Of a DNA stretch of 49,581 nt, positions 1-12,700 are shown in pieces. Within the stretch, counting starts at the first letter, position 1; the number at the start of each line of letters is the position of its first letter. The stretch spans positions 439,723 to 489,303 of the forward strand of contig RHPI01002119.1 in the NCBI GenBank assembly GCA_009103225.1. The letters are read 5' to 3'. The position numbers and the translations under genes were made by a program. Origin of the DNA: Chlorokybus atmophyticus (Eukaryota > Plantae > Mesostigma and Chlorokybus algae). The notes beneath the pieces are model-generated. The model made no database searches, had not been told where the DNA came from, and saw only the letters and a list, made by a program, of their open reading frames with translations.

Positions 1-380
1 AGGAGTAGAAGGTCGTAAGGACGAGCACTAGGTCCGGACTTAGCAAGATGGCATCGTCGGACCAGACTCCGGACTCCAGACTGGAGCCTTACTAACTGCT
101 TCGTATCTCCGCGTATACTTACTCATATTGGGCGTGTAAGAGCTTGTTGGAAAGATCTAGTTGTAAGGAAGACAACGCAGCTTAGAGCGCGTCAAAAGGC
201 TGAGTATAGCTTACGCAGTGCTTGCAAACGTAGACGTGTGTGTAACTGGCTGGTATAAGAACCAGCGGACAACTTGTAATAGATGAATGTGATGTGACTT
301 GTGTATGCTCTGGTGGCGGTAGCTCTGTCTCTGTGCATCTATGCTTGCCTCAACTACATGTGCATGCTAGTCCTTCAACA
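1..380 (+). mobile_element. Right end of an LTR (ends ...CCTTCAACA) from a different element nested in the Gypsy RT
   Basis: Non-coding sequence ends in TCAACA at 380. RT coding sequence (ATT TTT AAT GAT GTG GGA GAC TGC = IFNDVGDC) resumes exactly at 381. It has no visible similarity to the LTR at 3168-3580. Confidence 0.65.
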
Positions 381-1746
381 ATTTTTAATGATGTGGGAGA
401 CTGCACAGTCTTCAGCATCCTGGACATGCGTCAGGGGTACAACCAAATCGCCATCAAGGACGAGGACAAGCACAAGACCTCCTTCTGGGGCAACCGACAG
501 TTGTACCAATGGAAGGTAATGCCATTCGGGCTGAAGAATGCCCCCGCCAAGTTTCAACGCGTCATGGACAAAGCCTTGAAAGGGCTGGACTGTGCGCGGT
601 GCTACATCGATGACATCCTCATCTTCAGCCGCAGCAACGAAGAGCATCTTCAGCACATCGAAGCGGTGCTGGAACGACTCAAGGGAGTGGGGATGACCGT
701 ACACCCCGACAAGTGTACCTTCTTCACCCACAAGGTGCCGTACTTAGGGCACATGATTGTGCCCCATGGTGTGTATGTGCAGCAGGCAAATGTAGAGGCT
801 CTGGCAGCTATCCCTGCCCCGACCGACCTCACACGCCTGCGCGCTTTCTTGGGACTTGCCAACTACTATCGCCGGTTCGTGAAGGACTTCGCGAAGATCG
901 CAAGGCCCCTCAACGAGCTACTGAAGAAGGAGGTGGAGTTCGCGTGGAAGGAGCCGCAACAGCAGGCCTTCGAGGAGCTGAAGAGCAGACTCACCAGCGC
1001 TCCCATCCTTCAACGTCCGGACTACGCCAAGCCTTTCATCCTTCACACCGACTGGAGCAAGCTGGGGATGGGAGCGGTGCTGGTGCAGCACGATGAGAAC
1101 AAGAAGGAGCGGGTGGTGTCATACGCCAGTCGAAGCAACAACAGCGCCGAGGCCAACTACAGCAGCTACGAAGGGGAGTGCCTCGCTGCAGTGTGGGCCA
1201 TCTTCTTCTTCCGACCTTTCCTCTTTGGTCGACAGTTCCAACTGATCACCGATCATCAGCCCCTCAAGTGGCTGATGACCAACCAACATCTGACAGGGAA
1301 ACTTGCTCGATGGGCCCTGCTGTTGCAGGAATACGACTTCGAGATCGACCACCGCGCTGGCCTCACCAACCAAGACGCCGATGGCCTCAGTCGCAACCCT
1401 CACCTCAGCACCAACGACGCAACTGGAGCTCGGCATGAGCTCATCCCTGCAGCAACAGCCCCCACCATGGCAGCCATGTTTGCTGCTGCCGCGTTGCGCT
1501 CAGGGCGCAAGACCAATACCACGGCCTCAGCAGTGGTAGAGGAGATTCCTGCCCTTGAGTCTACCGACCCTGCGGCAAACACACCCTTGAGAGACGCCCA
1601 CGCAGCCGACATTGACATCAATGACACAGAGCTGGCGCCCACTGACACCAGGCAGGACATATGGCAGGACAAGCCATCACTCTCCTTTCTTCAAAGTGGC
1701 CAGCTTCCCTCCGGCATGAGCGCTCGAGAGAAGGACCGGGTACTAA
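381..1746 (+). pseudogene. pol part 1: reverse transcriptase, RNase H and linker
   Basis: RT motifs LDMRQGYNQI, MPFGLKNAPAKFQR, CYIDDILIFS; RNase H motifs LHTDWSKLGMGAVL, YEGECLAAVW, TDHQPL, NQDADGLSR. Confidence 0.95.
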
Positions 1747-3117
1747 CGCACCCGTCACTATCGATGGGCAGGTAACAAGCTGTATCGCCGCTTCCACGAC
1801 GAAGACAAGGAAGTGCCGACACCAGTCACGCGCGAGGGCACCATCACTTCCCTCCACACTGAGCTTGGACACTTCGGTGTCAAGCGTACAGTCAGCCTAG
1901 TGAGGGCACAATATTGGTGGTATGGATTAATAAAACAGGTGCAAAGGTTCGTCAGCCACTGCCAGCAGTGTGACATGGTGCGCGCCAGCCTCAACACGCG
2001 TAGCGCCACCTTGCACCCACTCCCCATCTCCGGTCTCTTTTACCGATGGGGACTCGACATCTTGGGGGACTTGGCACCCTCAGCACGTGGCAACCGTTAC
2101 ATCCTGGTCATGATCGAGCACTTCTCCAAATGGGTGGAGCTGGTGCCATTACCCGACAAGAGCAGCAGGGGGGTGTCTCAAGCCTTCCTCTCTCACGTTC
2201 TCAGCCGCTTTGGCAGCTGCGCCGAGGTCATCACTGACCAAGGTATTGAGTTCAGAGGGGAATTCGACACCCTCTTGGACAAATGTTACATCGACCACCG
2301 CCGTTCCTCGCGTGATCACCCTCAAGCCGACGGCCTCGCCGAGCGTACAGTACAAACCATCAAGCAGGCACTCCGCAAATACGTGCTGGAGTACGAGAAG
2401 AACACTTGGGATGACCACCTCCCATGGGTGGCCCTTGGATATCGATTGTCAAAGCAGGCGGCTCTGCGGGAGTACAGCCCGTACTATCTGCTGTTTGGGC
2501 GACCACCATTGCTCCCCTTCCGTGCGCAGCAGGAGGTGAATCGCGTCTTGAACAACCTCGACGACTCTGACTGGATGCACCACGACATCACCGCGCGCGC
2601 CGCGCTTTTCGAGCGCACCGTCCCCATGGCCTTCAACAACCTGCGCATCGCGCAGCATTGCGACACGCTGCGCTACGAGCGCGTACGCAGCGGCTTCTAC
2701 AAGGAGCGCAAACGGCGGTTCCAAGCGGGGGACTTTGCCTATCGCATGGCAGCCACCAAAGACACGCTTGACACCTCCGTAGGCCGCACCGTCTACAAGG
2801 TACTCAAAGTGTACCCTACAGGGGTGCTGGACCTCCTTGGTCAACACGGAGAAAGGTTGAAGGACAACATGGTGAACTGTGCGCTATGTCACCTTCCTTA
2901 CTTAGCCGGCTTCCGGCGTATCCAGCACCCTCGTCCCGCGCGCAGCACACGCTGTGAACACTGCGGCAGCGCCGGCGACGACGCACTCATGATGCTCTGC
3001 GATGGCTGCAACAAGGGCCTACATTGCTACTGCCTGGAGCCACCGTTGGACACGATACCTATGGAGGAGTATTGGTGCGACGATTGCCGTACCAACGGCC
3101 CTCCTCACTTGCGTTAG
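1747..3117 (+). pseudogene. pol part 2 (out of frame with part 1): integrase with C-terminal PHD finger
   Basis: Zinc-binding H(TELG)H...CQQC; catalytic core WGLDILG / VITDQG / GLAERTVQ (D-D-E); YSPYYLLFGR (GPY/F-like); terminal CEHC-x12-CDGC-x4-H-x2-C-x14-CDDC (C4HC3). The frame is open from 1747 (RTRHYRWAGNKLYRR...). Confidence 0.93.
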
Positions 3118-3154
3118 CAGCTGAGCTCTTGAGCTGGAACCTTCCCCAGAGCCC

Positions 3155-3165
3155 AGGGGGGGTGG
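3155..3165 (+). other. Polypurine tract (PPT)
   Basis: AGGGGGGGTGG lies 2 nt before the TGTTG LTR start. Confidence 0.8.
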
Positions 3166-3167
3166 CT

Positions 3168-3580
3168 TGTTGATGTTGTATGCTACAGCACAGCATGTTC
3201 TGCAGGGAGAACACCGACTCCATCTGCCCGTACTACCCAGCAGCAGCACACCAGCTGCACGAAGCACTTGTCACCAGACCTCGGAGGGTGGAGGTCATCT
3301 TGCTGTTTTTGCTACGCGTTACACAGGTGGCGCAGCAGCATGTCCAGCACAACATGGCTGTCCATGCAGCTGTCCGAGACAGCGTGACCCTCGATTCCCC
3401 TCGACCCGACAGCATGCTGGGGTAGTGGAGCATGGGCACATAGCCTAAACGTGTAATTAAATGATATGTGTGTGCTGATGGCCACGTGCATGCATAGGCT
3501 TTCCAATCATGGGCAAAGTATCAGTAGGCCGCAAGTCGAACAATGACACGGGCAGGAGCAACTTGATAACACGGTCAACA
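3168..3580 (+). repeat. 3' LTR (413 bp)
   Basis: Starts TGTTGA right after the PPT and ends TCAACA (6-bp terminal inverted repeat). It is followed by ACCAA, the candidate target-site duplication. Confidence 0.8.
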
Positions 3581-5134
3581 ACCAACCTTAGCTAAGTGCG
3601 CTAGCTATGTGCTTATTAAAGGAGGGGTGGGGCAAGGAGCAGCAAGGCAAGGGAGGGGAGGGGAAGCAAGTTCATTATGGCAAGGCAAGCAGGCATGTGC
3701 GCACAAGGCATGCATGTATATCATGCAACCATAGAGTGCGCATGTCCATATGTCTTGTCTTATGTCATGTAAATGACATGATAGCACATGTGACGGCAAT
3801 AACATTAGCAAATAGAGCACACAGATAGCAAAACAAACTGTAAATTTGGCCGCGTATATAAATGTTTACATAAATACTATTATCACACCCACGTCACTTT
3901 TATATGCATACCATGTTGTGCAATGCAGCAGTGGGCGAGGTGCAGGGACTGAACAACACTACTTTATGTATGCCAGCAACCACTCTCAATCGGTTTTATT
4001 GATTATTTATGTTAACCATCGGGGCACCCAAGTAGGCGCTACCTATGCATCTTCACTACTGCTTGAGACTGCATACCCGCTCACCTGCAGGATGCCAGGG
4101 TAACAATGACTTGCAACCTACTACTTGCAAGCACAATGTGTGATATGCATAGTTGCATGAGGCAGCAGCGTCTTCAATTTTCAGTACACATAGAGAACAT
4201 AGGAGTTGCAAAGCAGCAACTCACGCGCAAGGGGGGCCCAATGCATAGCACACCGGACACAAAGCACACAGCAAATGCAGCAAATTACAGCGGGGGCCAA
4301 TGTAGAGCTACCATTGCAGCTATCCTAGCTACGACACACTTGTCACAAACAGACAAGGGAGTGGGGCGAGGAACTGAGGAAGCCAGTAAAAGGGGAGAAC
4401 CACCTGCACATAGGTACACTAGTATGCAACACCGTCACACCAAGCCACGCACTGTCATCCCTGCCTATCACTGCACAAGCATACTCACGCGCATGCCAGC
4501 GGCATGCAAGCACGCCTACACAACTACACTGCCGCAGCCGCCAGCACAGCGTAGGGAGAGGACACATGCTAGCAAATGGAAATAAGAAGGGCCCCCAATC
4601 AGCAGTATACACACCGCACACAAGTCCTCAAAAAAACACCATCACCACCAGCAAGCAACATACAACTGCAACTAGGGGGGCTGGCGCTATATTCAAATGC
4701 AAGGACTACCATGCGTAGCTACACATCCAAGCCAGCATGTCAATGTAATGGACATTACAGACAAAGCTCGTTACCGGAGGTGAACAGCCGAACACTGCCC
4801 CCAAGTCCATTGCAGCGGGTTCGGGTGGCGACCAAACATGCATGCACGCATCAGGAAGCAAAGCAAAACTTTATGTTCCACAGGGTGCGCAGCTGGCACC
4901 ACAAGCTAGTCTCTGCAAACAAAGCGGGGATGCAGCCAGGCAACTAAACACGTCACCACAGTACGTGGCACAGACGCTGCTCTGCTACCCAACGCAGTGC
5001 GCACAAACAAATAACAACAAAGGGCTAATTCCCCACCGTCGCGCACTAGCCCACGTGTCACACGGTCATCACCTACGCAACGACAAAACTTCTATTTTCC
5101 CTGTTACCCCAAAAGGGACAAGCCATGCTTCCTC

Positions 5135-8100
5135 TCAATTTGGTGAAGACGCGAGCGACTTGGAAGACGATATGCTGGCAAGGCTATGTGAGCTACCCAG
5201 CTTTGAGCTCATCGAAATACCAGCGAACTTGTTGCTTCCCAGGTTCTCCAACGCCTTGGCCTCCATTTGCATCATCTGCAGCTTCAGGGACTGCAAACGC
5301 ACGTCCTTGTCCACATTGTCGCCATGCTCGCTGCTTTTCACCAGCTTCTCTGCTGCACCCTGAATTGCAGTCGCCTCGGAGCGAATGCGCTTCATCTGCT
5401 CATGCGTGCTTTGGTCTTGCTGACCACCATGGGACAGGCTATCCAGCCAGGCTCGGGCCTCACGCTGCAAAGCCACTGCATCCCTTGGCAAAGCAGTTGT
5501 GTTTGTATCACCGTTTGCCACTGGAGTTGGTGCACTTGAGGTGTGCGCACTCGAGTTGTGGTCGGAACTGCTATCATCCACCCTGAGGGAGTTTTCTCGG
5601 GTTGGCGGCTTGGAATGGGACTCTTGCAGGATGCCCAGCTCTGGCGAAGACGACCGGGAAGTACGCACAGGCGACTTGGCGTCCTGCACAGCGCGCATGG
5701 GCGGCGGCTGCACAGGTGGGACGGGTGCAGGATCAGGGATGCGCACGGCAAGCGCCGGGCGAGCAGCTGTTACAACATGCTCAGGATTCAGGCGTGAAGA
5801 GGCGCGAATCTGCTTGCCTGCTGGCACATTAGCTCCAGTGGCATGAGCGTCTGCGTCGATTGGTTTCCCGCTAGCTGCAACCTCAGCAAAGGTGGGCCTA
5901 GGAGGCTTGCCTGGGTCTGCCGTACTGTCTGAACTGCTGCGTGCTAGATATGGCGGCTTTGCAGGTTGCTCAACCTGTGAGACTGCTTCCAGTGCCATAG
6001 ATGAAAGATCAGCCCCTGACACAGACGGGTTGCTCATGGTGCGTGACAGCCCTTGGGTTTGATGCAAGTCCCCAGCAGGATTAAACACAAAGTCGTAGCT
6101 TGCAGACCGCTTGTATGATGGCCTCTCTTCTGCAATGCGTTGCATCTGAGCGACATGAGGGAAGGTATCACTTGATACAGCAGAAGGATCCATGGACAGT
6201 TGAACTGCTCTCCGCGTTTTCTGCGCCAAGCGCTCTTCTCTCCTTCTGACCAAACTCATCCTCATTTCTTGCGTTGCAAGATCGTGCTTTCTTATCATCT
6301 CCTTCATTTCTTCCAGCTGCAGCTTATTAAGGCGGTCGAGCTCCTCACGACCACGGCGCTCTTCTTCATCTTCCTCCTCGTCCTCTGTTTCAAGAGGCTG
6401 CTCATCAGGTGGTTCAAGCATGCTTGCAGTTGCTAGCCAGTCAGGCACTGCATCAGTTGTAGTCTCAATCGGCATCTTGGGTAGTGCAGAAGGCGAGTCA
6501 CTGGCAGAACTTGCAGGGGAAGCAGCGTGACTAACTGTAACAGCAGCAAGCATGTCTGGATGCACCACCTCAAACTCATCAGCTGCGTATGCTGCCATGG
6601 AAAGGAGTGGTGTACCAACTTGTGAAAGATCCGTTGCGGAAGTTGTTGCTGAAACACCAAGCTGATCTGGTGGTCTTTTAGTTGGAGACGTGCGCTCCAG
6701 AAGCTGTAATCGCGTATCCTCTGTGTTTCCCATGATGGTAAATGAAGCTACACGTGGGATCTTATTGCGCTTCACGCCAACTTTGCCATCCGGTTCAGCA
6801 TGGGGCATCCCCATAGTAGGTGACGCCTCACTTGACAATGGCACAGCCGCAGGGGCGCTGACAGTGGAATCATCCGACTGTGGAGATGAAGGTTCCTGCT
6901 CTTCAGGTGAAGGATTGGCAGTGACATCTGACGCAATGGATGTTGACACAACACCCACTCCATACAAGTGCTGATCCTCCATTGAGCTTCCAGGCACACG
7001 GACATTAAAGCTTTGCACACTTGTTAGCGCTCCAATCTTACGTAGCATGGCAGCAGATCTTTCGCGAGCTTGCGCATCCGCAACAGTTGGAGATGCCTAA
7101 TGCCATGATAGCCCATGGTTAGCAAATGGCGTGAATGCGACTTGCGACAAGCGTGCGTTAAGGGTAACAACTTACCGAAAGCGACTCGGAAGACGAAGTG
7201 CGTGCCAGGAGGTGGCTACCCTCTCCGCCATTGGTCAAGCCATTAGGCGGCTCATATAAAGCTTCACCTGGGGGCCTCCAACTGGGCACCAACTCTTGCA
7301 CCTCCTTCTCAATTTCCAATGCAATGGTGTGCAGGTCACTAACAGACAATGCCAGCTCCTGTACCATCTCACTAGCAACACTGAGCGCCGTGTCCGTCTT
7401 AATGTTGAAGGGAAACTGAATGGTTCGTACATGACCTGCAATGACAAAAGCAGGGTGAACTTGATGCATGAACCTACTAACTGCTACCGTCAATCGTAGC
7501 AGTCAGAGTAAGAGTGATGCTGATGTGTTTGTAAGTGATGTGTTTTTAACGAATACCTTCTGTATCCCTGATACGCAATCGGAGGTTGACAGTATCATCG
7601 TCATGGAGTTTGCCTTTCACCCTAAAGTCTCTGTTCGTACGTGAGCCGAAGCCGCGGGAATCGTCTGCATCGGGCAACAGGCAAACTGAGCACCTAAGCA
7701 AGACCACACAGCGCTGTCATGCAATCCGTACCTGTGATGTGCTGCAGCTCAGACTGAGAGTCTGCTAAGGTGGGGATCTCCAGCCGCAAAACTGGCGGTT
7801 GAGCAGGGGCAGCTTCTAGCCTTGATGAAAACGAATCTGACTTGGCCACCGAAGCCTTGCCACTGTCCACAGCTAAGAATGGATCCTGCAAGAGCTCGGC
7901 TGCGGAGAGCCTCTTGCTGGCTTCTGTACATAGGCACTTCTCCACGAAGGCAAGCACCTCCGGATCCAATACTTTGGCAAGAGCTGCTGGCTTTTTGCCC
8001 TGCAGAGTAGTAGTCAGCAGACATCCTGCTCTATCACTAAATCTGAAATGCACACGCAACTCACCGAGGTGACTTTCTTGAATATCTGTGCAGGATTGCT

Positions 8101-9722
8101 GCACTCACTGTACGGGTACTCCTGAGTAATCAATTCCAACAAGCACATGCCAAACGCATAGATGTCCACTTTCTCATCATAGTGTTCCTCGTATAGCTCA
8201 GGCGCCATAAATTCCGGTGTCCCTGCATCAGCAATGCAACCATGAATGAACATGGCAAAAGCTTGTGCTGCGAACAGGAACAATGCATGGATGATAACTC
8301 ACAGGACAGACAACTCAATAAATGATTAGATAGAAGCAAATGCACCCTTGCAACTTACCAATCACACTGTGTGCTGAATGGGCATGTGACAATATGGCGG
8401 CCAAACCAAGGTCTCCAATTTTGACCTCGCCTTGATTGCCATTCACAAAAATATTGTCACACTTAAGGTCTCTGTGTATGATGGGAGGGTTGTGGCTATG
8501 TAAATACAGCAACCCGCGCAAAATTTGCCGAGACCAGTTCTTCACAGCTTTCATATCTACATGCTTATGCTTTTTCCGATACCTGCTCAGCATAGACTTC
8601 ATCAGCATGGCAGTTCAATCATACCTTGGCCTAGCACCACTGTTGCAAGTGAGCAACGTACTGTCTGAGAGTGCCAGATGTGAAGATTTCCGTAATGAAA
8701 ATCACGTTGTTGGTGGCCTTGTCAATCCAAGAAGCATACAGCTTGATGATATTTTTGTGCTGTAGAGACTTCAGAAGCTCCACCTCTGCAAAGGCATCTC
8801 GCTCTCCTGAGCTGTGCATGACCGTGTGCATCTTGACCTCGTTCCATGCCACTTCAATGCCCTCCTCCTCATCGAATGCCTTGTACACAACTTTGCAGGC
8901 TCCTTGACCCAGTACCTCAGAATACTGCAAGCAAGTGGCACAGTTAGCTGATTGTCACGATGTACTCGATCACCCCAACACGGCGACTCCCCNNNNNNNN
9001 NNNNNNNNNNNNNNNNNNNNNNNNNNNNNNNNNNNNNNNNNNNNNNNNNNNNNNNNNNNNNNNNNNNNNNNNNNNNNNCCCCCTTCTACGCGAAACGCAC
9101 TATGACGGAAGAGCAAGAGGCAAGCGCACTGGTAGAAAGAAGTGGTCAACATACTACGAGAACACGTACAAAGTGAATGCTGGGAAACGCCTGCACTTCG
9201 CTCTTGAATGAACTCGTAGCACAATGCGTGTACAACAGTTTAGACGTGTGACACACGTGTGCGACAGACATGCAAAACATCTAGGTAAAAAAAGCAATAC
9301 TGCAAGCGGCCAACTTGTATAGCTGAAATCTGCTGATATAAGCATGCAAACCAGCAATAAGTGCGTTCAGCGACCGTGGTGCAAAGGAAAACGCGCCTTG
9401 CGATGAGGGCCAACACCAAGCACACTGTAATGCTTAACGCAACCCACGAACTGCGTACGTGCGCTGTTCATAACCATGAATGTAATAGCCTGAACTGCAA
9501 GAAGCACCACAAACAAAAACTTTGTGCTGTGCAAAAGGCGAGGGGGGGGGGGGGGGGGGGGGANAATAAGTTTATAACACGACTTACCCTGCCATAACGG
9601 CCTGTGGGATCCATGGCCACAAAGTTCCCCTCCTCATCATCTTGCGCGGATTGCGCAGACATTTGACGCCCTGCCATGACGAGCGCCCCATTGTCCATTG
9701 AGACTTCTGCAGTGTCGGGCAT
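5135..9722 (-). CDS. WNK: WNK (With No Lysine) Ser/Thr kinase, plant type, multi-exon, long disordered C-terminus
   Basis: Spliced exons give DPTGRYGR|[18 protein letters not shown] (subdomain-I Lys), [45 protein letters not shown], and the plant autoinhibitory/OSR1-C region [12 protein letters not shown]|HVRTIQFPF...[11 protein letters not shown]. Exon 1 donor at 9587, exon 2 acceptor at 8925. Confidence 0.93.
8993..9078. other. Assembly gap (86 N) in WNK intron 1
   Basis: Run of N flanked by C tracts. Confidence 0.99.
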
Positions 9723-12700
9723 CGTTCGTAGGGCAGCGTGCTACCAGCCCTACGAACAGAGGAGCATAACGACTGCGGCAGGTACGCAACAGGCACAGCT
9801 GCTTGAGCTATGCCTGCTAGCAGCCAAGACGAGCCAGCTGGCGCCCCTAGGCCGCCGCCGGCTGCAACTCTCGCACATACTATCTGCAAAGACAGTCGCA
9901 AAGCGCCAGGAAAACGGCAGGGTGTTGACAGTCGCAACAGAACAAGCGGGGAAGCCTGTAAACTCCCCCCTAATCACACGCTGCCTGCTGCACGCCTCCG
10001 GTCACGGGGACGACGCCCCGTGAGCAACAGAACCAGCTCAGCAGCAACAATCTGTGCAGCGCATCCTACATCCAAGCAACAGGAGCTTCAACGCAGCTAA
10101 AAACAGGTCGGCCCTGCTGGAGCCTCAAAATCCTCCTAACCCTAGACGTTCCGCCCCACACAACGCTGCAGCTATACAAACACACGTAAACAGCCTCTAC
10201 TACGGGGGCAGCTTTCCCTCCTTCGCCCTTGCCAACCAGCTGCACCCGCAAGCAGGGATTGCGGCACAAGCAGCAACCCTAACAGCTCCCCCAGAACTGC
10301 GCCGTCGTGTGCGGGCGCCGATCGCCACGCCAAACCTTCCACTCTCCGGGATCTCCTCAAACACACTCAACCACACGACCAACCAGCTCAGCTAGCCACC
10401 ACACCGACGCCACCACCACCCACAACGCCTCCGCCGCCAGTAACAGCTCCGCCGCCAATCTCAGTTGCTTCGGCCGCCCAAAACTACTCCAGCCAGTTGA
10501 CAGCTGCTATATTCACTTGAGAGAAAGGAACCAGAGAAATAAACCAACTCAAAAACCCCAAACAAAAGAAAGAGAAAAACCCATCAGTGGGTTCACTGAG
10601 TGTATCATGGTCGGTGGACAGGTGGCGGGCGGGAGAACCCCCAAGTGTGCGTGCCAATTGCTAGTTTAACTAACTAGTTACGAGTTGCGCGCGTCGCATC
10701 ACGGTACAGTTTTGGCTCTATCATTAGTCTAGCTGTGGATATCCGAACTTGTCGGGCCTGCGAATTCAGAGGATGTTTGCGTCCAGGGCAAAATGTTTCC
10801 GGCGGCACTCAACATACACAGGCCACTTAACTACAAGAGTTTAACCAGCAGGGCCTTTTCGCTTTGCGGTTACGTTACTGTTATCCGGCATATCGTATCG
10901 GTTTCTTCTGTACCTCCAGTGAATCTGCGCGATATCGGGTTTAGGCGTATCACCTTGGTTAAAGGATACAGCGCGTTCCACGTTAGGCATAACTATGAAG
11001 AGCAGCAAAGGCCGCGGAGTCGTGACCTCGCAGGTGTGCGGCGTGCTTGCTTGTGGTGCGCGTAACCTTGGATAGGCTGCCTCAACGCGGTGGATTTACT
11101 TAGTCAACTGACGCCAGCTTGTGACGGACAAGCAGTGTGGCTTGCTGCTCGAGCCGCTTGCTGACGAGCTTCGATTGTAGCAAGCAATGGATGCACTGAT
11201 CTGGTGAGTCCGCTGATTGAGTCGCGAAGGCATCCGATGGGCCGCGCATCAGCTGGGGCCACGGGCTGGGCTGAGAGTCTGGTACTGATCATGATTCAGA
11301 GGCTTTAGTTCGGAGTCCATCGGTTCATGACCAATGGAGATGCTGGCTGCGGGCGAGTCGCGTGATCTGCGTGTTGGTACGATCATTTCGCTTTTTTATT
11401 GCTCGTAGTATTGCCGGTATGTACGTTCTTGCCACTTCGTGGCCTGCAATGACTTGCAGTACATCATGCTACAAGAACAAATATCTGGCTGTCAAGACTA
11501 AAATATTCTGACATGTATGTCTTGATGCAATGCACTTAATATGTGTGACAGTCAATAAGGTGAAGTACATGCAATGCATTGTGTTTTGGGCAATTGTACA
11601 AAAAGCCATACATTTATCTTGTCAGCTTTGTCAACATTATCGTATTGATAGCGTTGGTTATGTGCTTACAAGAATGTGTACCATGCGTTTAGTGCAAGTA
11701 TTGATTGTGACGTGACAATCAACACCAACTTTTTTGCATATGTGATAATGAGCAAGTTGCGAATTAAAGTGAACTGTTGTGATTGTTGAAGCAATAAGAA
11801 CATATACACAATTGTAACGCCTTGCGGTATGAAACATGTGTGTGCGTCCTTGCATATTTTGCATTTGTATCAGTGGAATGCCTATACACCAATCTGTTAT
11901 TAGTGATATATGAGACACCACGCACAGTTTTTGAATGTCATACATATGAGTGTTTTTATTATATGCATTATGTATATGAGACATACTGCGCAGCTATGTA
12001 ATGTTTTGCGTTAATGCTGATATACAACATCGCATAATTGTTATTTAATTATCAAGTGCTTGCAAAACTCTTTATTACATACTGAATGGCATCATGTGCA
12101 ATTTAATTGTTGTATAAATCAGGTTCTTGCATCATCTGCATGTAGTGCAAAGAAAACACCCAGCCAATTAATACAATGTGAGATGTAACAACCGTATTAT
12201 ATTCATAGTTATAAGAGCATCATTGAGCACTATTATGCATGTAAGCTTGAGCGTCGATGACTGCAGTGTATTACCTGTCAATTGCGTGCAGCTAATGATC
12301 ATGTTGAGGCCTAGAGCACTACAATAGATTCTCACATTGTGTGATGCGGCTGCACGCCCTCGATACTCACCAATCCAAACACGGATTGAGGGCAAGTTGA
12401 ATGAGGAATTTATGCTTAATAACATAAAACGCTCTGATTATATTTTATCATAAATCTGATGTGTGCTTCCTTGTGGTGTTACGCTTGGGTTAGCTTTGTC
12501 GTTGCAAACGCTGCCACTCTCCAAGCTACAAGTGCGGCTTGAGAGCACACTGCTATATTTTTCAAATTGAGGATTTTATTCTTGATTTGTGCTAACTTGC
12601 TCACACTAGTACTGCTCTTATCATGCTTGTCTCAGGCTAACCCTCCTTCTCGTACCCAACCCTAGCCACCGCACCCAAATTACGTGGTGCGTGCTGGCCT

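Larger units (their letters stand above)
381..3580 (+). mobile_element. Ty3/Gypsy LTR retrotransposon, 5'-interrupted (RT-RNaseH-INT-PHD, PPT, 3' LTR)
   Basis: Domain order RT-RH-INT is Gypsy-type. A polypurine tract is followed by a TGTTGA...TCAACA LTR. Confidence 0.95.

Noticed and set aside
294-380. N-terminal extension of the 493-aa RT ORF (MTCVCSGGG...)
   Set aside because: It is read-through from the nested LTR; real RT similarity begins at 381.
3600-5130. ORFs of 85-173 aa downstream of the LTR
   Set aside because: No domains; CA/TG-rich sequence consistent with WNK 3'UTR, intergenic DNA or decayed repeats.
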